From Nymphaea colorata (lineage: Eukaryota), in assembly GCF_008831285.2 (NCBI RefSeq), contig NC_045138.2, positions 23,622,001 through 23,686,000 on the forward strand: 64,000 bases of DNA. The letters run 5' to 3'. Numbering within the stretch: the stretch's first letter is position 1; each line of letters starts with the position of its first letter. The position numbers and the translations under genes are program-made. Under the pieces are notes generated by a model that was not told where the DNA came from, did not search any database, and worked only from the letters and a program-made list of their open reading frames with translations. Positions 53,076 through 64,000 of this stretch are shown piece by piece.

Positions 53076-56000
53076 AATACATACATTCTAACAGCTGGAA
53101 CAGCGACGGCGACGGAGGTGGCAGCGGCGGCGGTGGCGGCGGCTTGGTAAACCCTCTCTCTCTCGTGCGATTTTTCTTTCTCTGCCACTCATGCCCTTTT
53201 TTTTTTTGTTTTTCTCTCTGCCGCACGTCCCCTCTTCTTCTCTCGCCACTTTCTTTCCCCTCTTTCCGCTGGTTCTCTACCGCTCGACCCTCTTCTCACT
53301 CACCCGCACTCCCCCACCTGCTCTTTCTCTCTCTTCTCACCCCACGGCCGTTTTCCCCCTTGACCGAACCCCTCCTCTCTCTGTCTCTCCTCTCTGTCAG
53401 CATCCCTTTTCTCTGGTTTGTTTCGGTTTTTTTTTCTCCCACTACTACCGTGGGTTAGCAACAGATTTTCTGTTGAACCTTTTTGGACGTGTGTTGACTC
53501 TTTCCATGGCGTTTTGGGGTTGGATTGCGGTTTAGGGACGTTTTTCCCCTCTCACCTGCTAGTAGGGCGTGTAGTGAGCAGCGACAGCAAGCAATCTCGA
53601 GCATTGGCACTTGATCGGACGTGTGAAGTGGTTGCTAGAAGGGTTGTAGCAGTTTGGACGCTTGTTTTGGGGTGAGCAATACCTAATCAAGCTCAAAGTA
53701 ATGAATATTATCTTCTAAAGCATGTATAATTATTGTTCGAGCATGCTAGAGCTTAGAATTGATTATTTTGGGACGCATGTTAGTGATTTTGTTTTTGGGG
53801 GAAACTTAGGATTTGCGTTGGAAAGTGATGATTCATGTATTTAATTATCGTTCAAGCATGATGAATTAATTTTCGAAGCTTTATGGAAACATGGTAGAGA
53901 TTGTGGGGTTGTGGGGAAGTTTTAGAACCGTCTTAGGGAGTGTAGCGCAGACTTCGATGAACGGGTGTATCATGAAGTTAATTAGGGATATATGCGTATT
54001 GGGACGTGACTTGAGGTTGATGTCTTACTTAGAGAACGCCATTGAGGAAGGAATTAGTGATGGATTGATTGATGGTTGAAGGCTTTGATATTTCGAGGCA
54101 ACGTCAAGACGTAAAGGAGGAGGCCTATTGGAGTGCTTGTTGGTCGACGCTACCTGTCGACACCCTCTTGAGGTGACGGCACGTGCCTCAAGGATTTTAT
54201 TTTTTGTATCTGTTCGTTTCTGTTTGAATGGTGTAGGTATCTAGTAGAAACCTTATTCTTGTTTATGTTTACAGGTGCACCGGGCTCATCCCGTCGACCT
54301 TGAGTTCGAAGCCTGAGGCATTTTAAAGAATTTGGTGAGCACGCCACAAGTATGGCGACATTCCAGGCAAATTCCTGCCTGGGGCAATTGTGTGATTGGG
54401 TGCTCCTAGGATCAAGGGATCCTAGGATTGTGATGTTGATTGATTGACTGTTTTGTGATTGAGTATATGTATGTTGCTTACATGATATGAATGGGTTAGA
54501 AAGATTATTAGTCATTCGTTTTAAAAATGTTACGCATTGGCATGTGCATGCTAGAATTGATATCTGTTTAGGACAGATGAGGCGGGGTATCGAGTCGAGT
54601 GTCTCCTCGACCCCAATTGTGCATTAGAAAGCATCATAGAATGATAACTGCATAGGACAGCTACGAGCCAACCGCAGATCGAGACTACTCTCTGTGGATT
54701 GGCTATGTTTTTCAAAGAGGTGATTGACGTGATTGATGTGATGATTGATATGAATGTGTATGTCGTTGCATATGCATTGCCATGGGCAATGATGCAAATG
54801 GATGTTTTGGAGGGTAGTTGTACCCGTAAGGTATGACGGCTAGCAATGACTGTTACTGTATGTATAGACCTCATGTGGAGGTAATCGGAGGTGTGGTGCA
54901 CTCGTGAAGTGTACTAACCTCGTGTGCTAGCCAGTCATCTTGTGAATGTGTAACTATAATGATAAGAATGACTAACTAAGAGATGAGAGGCCAGTGGAAT
55001 GTGGCTATGTGTTTGGGAGACGTCCTCGTTGATTGCCACTGGTCTCGCCTGTCAGAGCGCAGGCGGTGCAAGGCCCCAGGGTTCTGTTGTGTGTTGTGCT
55101 TGGAGCGTTGCGCTCCTGCCTTCCCAACCTGGGTGTCCTAGGGAAGGCTGAGTATCTCACCTTGGACTTCACACATCCAGGGATGAGTGCTCTACCGCTG
55201 CAGCGGGTGAAATGGATCCATACTGTTATGGGCCACCACGGGGGTTGTCTCTCGGCTGTAGGCCGCCCGCGGTGTGCACGTGCCTGTGTTGCACCCACAG
55301 GAACTGTTAATGCACTAAAGTTAATGAAAATGCAATGTGTTTTACAGAATGCATGTGATTGACGTATATGTGATTGATATGAATGCAAGTATTATGTTTA
55401 AGCATGCTTCGCATGTGACTGATGTTGTGTTAGTGTGGCCATCAAGTGGCTTTTACGTGTTGTACTCTGACACGACATGACGATAGATGGGTTGATATTT
55501 GTTCTTTTATTTGAGCCTTACTTGAGAGGGTTTGGCATTTTCCTGGCTTGTTGCCATACTGCGAAGGCTGAGCCTTCAGTTGTTTTCTTTTTCAGGTTTT
55601 GGCGGACCCGGGGCAACAGGTTGAGCAGATGGCTTCACTCACGTCCTACTGGGGTGGTTTTGGGATTGTCGTTTGTAGTGCCGGCGCGTCATGTTTTGGT
55701 TTTATTGATGTCTTCTTTTTGTTAGACATCAATGTTATTGATTTTGGGGCATTTTGGTCATGCACATAGATGTGAATTTGTATGAAACAAAATGGTTATA
55801 TCAATGAAAGTTCGCCCCATTGTTTTGTATTGTTTGGCTCATCGTCTTTTTGAATTGTTGGGTAGTCACACCTCGATGCTTTATGTTTAGAAAAAAAAAT
55901 AGTTTGAGGGTTAAAAAGGTCGGGGTGTGACAGTTTTGGTATCAGAGCCAGGTTAAACCCCATTATGGATGTGAGTTAAAGCCTATCTGTAAAGCCGTGT

Positions 56001-56166
56001 TGCCCAGGTAAGCATTTGTTTGATTAGTTAGTTATTGTAGTTTTTATTTTTCAAGTATAGGTATGTAATGTGATTTATGTTTTGAACTTCGTGTTAATGC
56101 ACGTTGTGATTTAACTTGTGAGTTTGGTATTGGTCGCGATTTGAGATAAGGATCTTGTTTGTACAG

Positions 56167-59100
56167 ATGGAATATCATCGTAGGGGTAAGAAGCGAGCTG
56201 GGCCGTCTTCAGAGGCACATAGAGAGCCCAGCCCAACCCATTCTGATGCGCATACTCCGCGGGGTGACAGAGCGTCAGAGCCCCAGTATGCCCAGCTAGG
56301 TGGGGGTGCCCAAACCCCACCGAGACAGACTCCGCCAGTGGATCAGCAGACTATCTTGCTGACCACGTTGCAAACGCTGACCACGTTAATGCAGTCTATG
56401 GTCGGTAATCAGAGGAGTGACGCATCTCCTTCGGGGGCACCAATGCTCCAGTTCGGGAGAAGGCAACGACAGTGTCTTATCAGCAGTTTATGGCGATGCA
56501 GCCGCCTATCTTTTCAGGAGGGGGCAGTCATGACAAGGCGAAGGACTGGATTGAAGAGGTCGAACGTATTTTTGGGCTTCTGAAGGTGCCAGAAGAAGAT
56601 AGAGTGAACTATGGCTCCTATTTGTTGAAGGGTGATGCCAAGAATTCGTGGCAATCAACTAGTGAGATTCGGTTCGCTGGCCAAGGGTCAATCTCATGGA
56701 AGCAGTTTAGAGATTCCTTCTTCAGCACATACTTTCCAGTGTATATCAGGGACAAGAAAATGCAAGAATTTCTAGATTTGCAGCAGAATCAGTCGAGCTT
56801 AGAAGAGTACATTACGAGATATCGGCACTTGGAGGTGTATTGCCCACACCTTTATGCTACGGATGAGGCCAGAGCGGGCAAGTTTGTGCGTGGGCTGCGA
56901 GCGAGATGGACTACGAAGCAAAGTGTTGACAAGTAGACCTCGTGACTTGGATGAGGCGGTTACAATGGCACGTTGCATAGAAGAAGATTGGGTAAGGACA
57001 CAGAAGGATCATCAGAAGAAAGCAGGCCAGCATTCACAAGGTGGACGGACACAGGTAAAGCGCCAACACTTTGCGGGCAGGTCAAGGCCTTATGAGAGGC
57101 GGGATGACCGAACTTTCAGACGGAACCAGTCTACCCGTAGTGAGGCCACACAGGGGTCAGTGGCCACTCCGACTTCTCAGAAGTGCCCCAATTGTTCTCG
57201 TGTGCACCCCGGGAAGCCGTGCTATCGGGTGATTGGGGCTTGTTTACACTGCGGAGGTATGGGACACTTCATCAAGGATTGCCCGTTGAAGAAAGAACGA
57301 GAATTGAAGAAGCCTAAAGCCGGTTCTTCTAGCGCACGACAGACGTCTGGACGTGTCTACGCTACTACTGTGGAGGAGCTCCAGGCACACGACCTCGTTG
57401 AAGGTACTTTACTTGTCAGTTCTCATTTTGCTAGAGTGTTATTTGATGCAGGAGCGACGCATTCTTTTATATCTAGTCGATTTGCTACCTCACTCGAAGT
57501 GTCGGCTAGAAGAATGCCGTATGTTTTAAAAGTTGTTAGTCCGATGCATGCTCAAGAGTCGTGTCGTGAGTATCTTCCTGATGTGAATGTGGAAATCCAT
57601 CAACTTCACCTACCTGCACAGTTGGTGATCCTCGGTCTCAATGAGTTTGATGTGATTTTGGGTATGGATTAGTTGTATGCGCACTATGCCATAATCGATT
57701 GCAGGAAGAAGCAGATACAGATGTTGACTAATGAGATGCAGCCTTTGGAATTTCATGCTCGTAGGGCCAGTCGAACTGATAAGATAATGGTGTCTGTATT
57801 GAAGGCTAAGCGATGGATAGAAAGTGGAAGCGTTGCCTTCTTGGTCAATGTGTTGATCAATGAGGCTGAACGGATGAAATTGCAGGATGTTGCCGTGGTG
57901 AGTGAGTATCCTGATGTGTTTCTTGAGGAATTGTCGAGTTTGCCTCCAACTCGAGAAGTGGAGTTCAAGATAGAGTTGTTACCAGGGACAACTCCTATTT
58001 CTAAGGCACCCTACCGTATGGCACCAGCAGAGTTAGAAGAGTTGAAGAAGCAACTGTGGGAGCTCTTAGATAAGGGCTTCATTCGACCTAGTGTGTCTCC
58101 TTGGGGAGCACCTGTGATGTTTGTGAAAAAGAAAGATGAGACTATGCGCTTGTGCATAGATTATCGTATGTTGAATCAAGTCACCATCAAGAATAAATAT
58201 CCGCTTTCAAGAATTGAAGACTTGTTTGATCAACTTAAGAATGCAAGGGTTTTCTCTAAGATCGATCTGAGGACAGGCTACCATCAACTATTGATACGGG
58301 AGGAAGATGTTTCTAAGACTGCTTTTCGAACCAGGTATGGACATTATGAATTCAGGGTCATGCCGTTTGGGTTGACTAATGCTCCCGCAGCGTTCATGGA
58401 CCTCATGAATCGGGTTTTCCAAAAGTTCTTGGATCGTTTTGTTATTGTGTTTGTTGATGATATTTTGGTGTACTCAGAGAGTGAAGCAGAGCACAGAGAC
58501 CACTTGAGAAGTGTGTTAGGTCTTTTGCACAAGCATAAGCTTTACGCCAAATACTCAAAATGTGAATTTTGGTTAGAGAAGGTAAACTTTCTGGGTCATG
58601 TGATCTCGAAGGATGGAGTATCCGTCGATCCGGCTAAGGTGTCAGCTGTTCAGGACTGGAGAACACCTTGCAGTGTAACTGAGGTTAGAAGCTTTTTGGG
58701 ATTGGCAGGATACTATCGCAGGTTCATACAAGACTTTTCGAAAATAGCTACGCCCATGACTAAGCTATTGAGAAAAGGGATGAAGTTTGTGTGGAATGAA
58801 GAGTGTGAGAAGAGTTTTTAAACTCTAAAGGACAAGCTTACTTCTGCCCCTATTTTGACGCTTCCATCATGTCATTCCGGTTTTGTGGTGTACACTGATG
58901 CTTCGGGGATCGGATATGGTTGTGTGTTGATGCAGCATGGCCGTGTAGTGGCTTATGCATCAAGACAGTTGAAGACCCATGAGCAACACTATCCCACTCA
59001 TGATTTGGAGTTGGGAGCAGTCGTGTTCGCATTGAAGATTGGAGACACTATCTTTATGGTGCAACATTCGAGGTGTTTACAGATCACCAGTCCCTGAAGT

Positions 59101-60430
59101 ATATATTCTCGCAAAGGGATCTCAACTTGAGGCAAAGAAGATGGATCGAATATTTAACGGACTATGATTTCACCATATCGTATCATCCAGGCAAGGCGAA
59201 TGTGGTGGCAGATGCGTTGAGCAGGCATGCCAAGGCGACAATGTGCAGTATGTTGACTCGTTCTTGGACATTATTGCAAGATGTGATAGCTTGGCAACCT
59301 TGCATTTGTGATGAGCACAAGGCAACGATGACAGCCTTGGTACGACATCCCTTGATGGAAGAACTTGTAATGAAGCAAAAGGAAGATCCAGAGTTTGCTA
59401 AGAACATGGAAGCAAGCCGGAAGACCGATTCTCTTTGGCATCAAGATGAAGATGGTTCATTGCGGTTTCGCAGAGATTATGGGTTCCTAGAGATGAAGGG
59501 GTGAAGCGTCTGTTGCTTGATGAAGCTCACAAATCTAAGTTTTCTATTCACCCGGGCAGTACAAAGATGTTTCAAGATTTGAGAAGAAATTTTTGGTGGC
59601 TTGGAATGAAGCGTGAAATTGCAGAATATGTGGCAAAGTGCTTGATTTGCCAACAGGTAAAAGCAGAGCATCAGCGGCCAGGAGGCTTGTTGCAAAGAAT
59701 CGTTATTCCAGTGTGGAAATGAGAAGACATTACGATGGATTTTGTGGTTGGGCTGCCTCGTACCAAAAGACAACAGAATGTCATATGGGTGATTGTTGAT
59801 CGACTTACGAAGTCCGCTCACTTTCTGCCAATCAGAATAAGTCAATCATTGGAAAGTCTCGCAGAGTTGTATATTGGCGAGATAGTGAGATTGCATGGAG
59901 TGCCAAAGTCTATCATTTCGGATCGAGATCCGCGTTTTACCTCTAGGTTTTGGGGGCAATTACAGAGGGCTTTGGGTACCCATCTTAAGATAAGCACAGC
60001 ATTTCATCCCCAAACTGATGGGCAATCAGAGAGGACTATTCAGACCTTAGAAGACATGTTGCGCGCATGTGTCTTAGAGTGGGAAGGAGAATGTGACAAA
60101 CATGTGAAACTGGCAGAATTTGCTTACAATAACAGTTACCACTCTAGTATTGGGACGGCACCTTTTGAGGCTTTGTATGGAAGACCGTGCAGATCGCCAA
60201 CTTGTTGGACCGAATTGGGTGATGGAAAAATCGAAAACCCTTTAGTATTGCAGCACTACACCGACCAAGTGAAATTGATACGGAAAAAGTTGTTGACTGC
60301 TCAGAGTAGACAGAAAAGTTATGCTGACATTCGTCGTAGAGAATTGGCTTTTGAGGTGGGTGATCACGTGTTTTTAAAGATTTCTCCTACTAAGGGTGTT
60401 TTTCGCTTTGGTGCGAAGGGAAAATTGAGC
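56167..60430 (+). pseudogene. Gypsy gag-pol (gag, CCHC, AP, RT, RNase H, INT), several stops and frameshifts, 3'-deleted
   Basis: [72 protein letters not shown]; stops at 57670, 58819 and 59720. Confidence 0.95.
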
Positions 60431-61606
60431 CAGTCATCTTGTTATGATATGAATGGGTTAGAAAGATTATTAGTCATTCGTTTTAAAAATGTTACGCATT
60501 GGCATGTGCATGCTAGAATTGATATCTGTTTAGGACAGATGAGGCGGGGTATCGAGTCGAGTGTCTCCTCGACCCCAATTGTGCATTAGAAAGCATCATA
60601 GAATGATAACTGCATAGGACAGCTACGAGCCAACCGCAGATCGAGACTACTCTCTGTGGATTGGCTATGTTTTTCAAAGAGGTGATTGACGTGATTGATG
60701 TGATGATTGATATGAATGTGTATGTCGTTGCATATGCATTGCCATGGGCAATGATGCAAATGGATGTTTTGGAGGGTAGTTGTACCCGTAAGGTATGACG
60801 GCTAACAATGACTGTTACTGTATGTATAGACCTCATGTGGAGGTAATCGGAGGTGTGGTGCACTCGTGAAGTGTACTAACCTCGTGTGCTAGCCAGTCAT
60901 CTTGTGAATGTGTAATTATAATGATAAGAATGACTAACTAAGAGATGAGAGGCCAGTGGGATGTGGCTATGTGTTTGGGAGACGTCCCCGTTGATTGCCA
61001 CTGGTCTCGCCTGTCAGAGCGCAGGCGGTGCAAGGCCACAGGGTTCTGTTGTGTGTTGTGCTTGGAGCGTTGCGCTCCTGCCTTCCCAACCTGGGTGTCC
61101 TAGGGAAGGCTGAGTATCTCACCTTGGACTTCACACATCCAGGGATGAGTGCTCTACCGCTGCAGCGGGTGAAATGGATCCATACTGTTATGGGCCACCA
61201 CGGGGGTTGTCTCTCGGCTGTAGGCCGCCCGCGGTGTGCACGTGCCTGTGTTGTACCCACAGGAACTGTTAATGCACTAAAGTTAATGAAAATGCAATGT
61301 GTTTTACAGAATGCATGTGATTGACGTATATGTGATTGATATGAATGCAAGTATTATGTTTAAGCATGCTTCGCATGTGACTGATGTTGTGTTAGTGTGG
61401 CCATCAATGTTATTGATTTTGGGGCATTTTGGTCATGCACATAGATGTGAATTTGTATGAAACAAAATGGTTATATCAATGAAAGTTCGCCCCATTGTTT
61501 TGTATTGTTTGGCTCATCGTCTTTTTGAATTGTTGGGTAGTCACACCTCGATGCTTTATGTTTAGAAAAAAAATAGTTTGAGGGTTAAAAAGGTCGGGGT
61601 GTGACA

Positions 61607-61765
61607 TGGTTAGAATCTCTAATCATGCCAGAAAGGCCATCACAAACAAGAGCCATAAAAGGACCAATAATGGGAACAAAAAATCTGAAAGAATATTGTG
61701 AGATAATGCAAAAGCATCAAGAACACCAGTGTTCAGAATGTACAAAGGGAAAAGAAATTTGCTAA
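61607..61765 (+). pseudogene. EPRV ORF4, 3' part resuming after the gypsy insertion
   Basis: Removing the insert restores EEILRW-LESLIMPERPSQTRAIKGPIMGTKNLKEYCEIMQKHQEHQCSECTKGKEIC*. Confidence 0.85.
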
Positions 61766-61852
61766 GTAACTTTATAGAATAAATTCTTGTCAATCCTTCA
61801 ATCACTACCATGAAAATGGAAAAGCTGTGATTGATCGAGAATATATTCTATC

Positions 61853-62042
61853 AAAGTAAAGAACGACATCGACAGGGAATAAAGCTAAAGAGAAGTGCAC
61901 TCAGTCGACAAGGAATCAAGTAAAGAATGACATCGACAGGGAATAAAGTTAAAGAGAAGCACCCAGCCGACAAGGAATCAAGTGAAGAAAGAAAGCAAGC
62001 ACCCAGCCGACAAGGAATCAAGTGAAGAAAGAAAGCAAGTGA
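61853..62042 (+). repeat. Imperfect tandem repeats of the viral intergenic region
   Basis: aagtaaagaaYgacatcgacagggaataaag x2; gcacccagccgacaaggaatcaagtgaagaaagaaagcaa x2. Confidence 0.85.
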
Positions 62043-62059
62043 AAAGCTTGATGGATGGG

Positions 62060-64000
62060 CTGGTTCGTCTGGGAATAAGCTAACCTATAGCTGACTGTTG
62101 GGTCCGTTCTCTTTCAGATCCTCATGTCCTATCTCTTTTCGGGTGACACGCTGTACCACCTTTCTTCATTGCAAGTTGAACGAGAGGCAGCAATTCTGGA
62201 ATCTCCCGCCCTCCACTATGAGAATGGTCTTCGATCAATGTAAGAAAGTAATGTGCTTCTCGCCTTTGCCTTCAGAGTGGTGGTGGTTGTTGTCGTCAGA
62301 ACCCCTCCCTTCTTTGTTGGGTTGTCGTGATTAGCCATGAATTCGATGGATAGCATGCCATCTCCCTAGCTACAGCTTTCAGCAGAAGTTGCTTAATCGA
62401 ATGCAAGGCCGCTATCCGCTTTCTCTCCCCGCCCTAATGAACCGTTCCTTGACCCCTTTCCCGTCCTGGTTTGAATCAACAAAACATAAACCGCTTTTCT
62501 CGCTTGCGTAGTGAAAAGCGAAAAAACTCACAGATAAGGAAAAAACAATCTCATTGATTCAGAAGTAGGTAGGGACCTTTTCTTGCTAATTGAAGAAGCT
62601 GCCGTTGCTCGTAGCTTCTTTGCTTCACCTGAACAGAAGAGTTTGTCAATCAACCACTTGCACTTGATTGAGGACTTCCTTCACTTACCGCTACTCTCCC
62701 AAGCGCCTAGAACAAGATTGTGTCGCACCCCACTTTCACTACCGCTTCCTAGAAGAGAAGTTGTTTGATCTAAAGCCACTGCGCTAGGTCTCACACCCGA
62801 AAGAGTCTTTCACTTTACCACTGGACTATCACCGCTAATAGTCTGTAGCAGCTTCATCTTGTAATGCCCGCCTATGACCGATAGTCTTGAAGGGTCATGA
62901 TGGGAGCAATGAAAGTTGGCAAACGAAGGTCAGATCCGTCAGTCGGGATGTCAAAACGCTTTCTCGATAGAGTTTGGGGTTTAGCTTGCTCAATTAGAGG
63001 TGGATCTCACAGATTCCATAGAGGAAGGGGTCAGTGACAGTTCCAGTTTCCCGCTCTCATGCTCTCTCCATTTTCATAGAAATTCCTTTGGTTGGTGGTA
63101 TTCAAAAGGCGTCAAAGAAAATGGAAACGGTTCTTTAAGAAAGATTGAACAATGCTTTTTCCGTACACGTATACTACGACAAGGCTCGCTTATGGCTCCG
63201 TGGCTCTAGTAGTCCTTATTATTCAGAAAGACTCTTTCGATGGTGCGTTGGAAGGGACAGAAGGGAGCTAGTGAGCACTTCAAGGGGAATAGGCTTGCTT
63301 CTTCCTAGTGAACGGGTGGTCCTCTTGCCTAGCGGAAGGAAACCCTTCATGCTATCGAAAGACATTGCATCAGTCTATCCGCGCTTGCTTTGGGCACAAC
63401 CCCTGGCATAGTAGAATGAGAAGGCTCAGCGCACTCAAGCAGCTCAGTTTGCTTTCCGAACTCTAACTAGCAAAGCACAGCGTGAAACCAGTTTCTTTCA
63501 TTCGATGCAGTGGTCTGATTGCCTAGTGGAAGCCCTGAGGCACTTGATTCTAGAGTACGCTCGACTCATCACCACAGCGCGAGATGCGCAAGAGTGACCC
63601 ATCTCTCCACACCAACTAGCGGAGCGACTCCCTATGTCGGTGAATGTCGTAGTCTCTTTCCCTTCTCCCCAGTATGAGTTTAGAATCTCAGAGGGGGTCT
63701 TCCTCTACTCTAGGCTCACTCCACCCCCTATGTTGTCTGATTTCAATGCTTTGAAACCATGGGCGGTGGATGGGGAAGGAGGGCAAGTCAAGTTAGCGTG
63801 GAAATTGCTTGATTCTTGCTTTTTCACGAGAGTTTTCATTCCTTGGTGTTATAGCGTTCGTGCCCCATAGCCAATGGGTCACTTCACCCTAAGGATTTGC
63901 TGCTTTAAGGTAAGGATGTGGGTCGAGGGGTCGCTAAGAGTAGTAGTAGTAGTAGTGGTAGTAGGTCTGATCTCTGAATGCTTCTGCGCCTCTTGATTGA
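62060..64000. other. Possible mitochondrial-derived (NUMT) non-coding DNA
   Basis: Abrupt rise to roughly balanced GC, no poly-A/T tracts, small hairpins (cgcttttc...gaaaagcg); no organellar gene recognised. Confidence 0.35.

Noticed and set aside
54551..55388. ORFs of 109-127 aa repeated at 60513-61350
   Set aside because: They lie within the gypsy LTR; the duplication is explained by the two LTRs
61853..62042. Repeat-spacer look reminiscent of a CRISPR array
   Set aside because: No unique spacers, no cas genes, eukaryotic context; these are ordinary viral IGR repeats

Overview
AT-rich plant nuclear DNA (angiosperm; species not determinable from the window alone). Right half (38.7-62.1 kb): a near-complete endogenous caulimovirid genome of solendovirus type, with tRNA-iMet PBS, CP, MP, pol, ORF4/TAV and intergenic repeats. 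Its ORF4 is split by a 14.9 kb Ty3/gypsy (Tekay/Del-like) element. That element's 5' LTR holds a full Ty1/copia element, which in turn holds a hAT-type MITE; all three insertions have intact target-site duplications. The virus has unusual features: a second aspartic-protease domain with intact DTG after the MP, while the pol protease lacks its catalytic Asp; an extra ORF-like region before pol; and in-phase splice signals that would fuse a leader mini-ORF to the ATG-less ORF4. Left half: a rearranged UVI4/OSD1(GIG1)-like APC/C-inhibitor gene converted into a ~1.5 kb-arm inverted repeat. It lies head-to-head with a 5'-truncated CDC20 copy that keeps its IR tail but has lost KEN-box-binding residues. 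Also present: gene fragments (UGT, LHCA6, mitochondrial rps7), MITEs, a compound tandem array and local segmental duplications. All family assignments come from motif recognition by eye, not from database searches.
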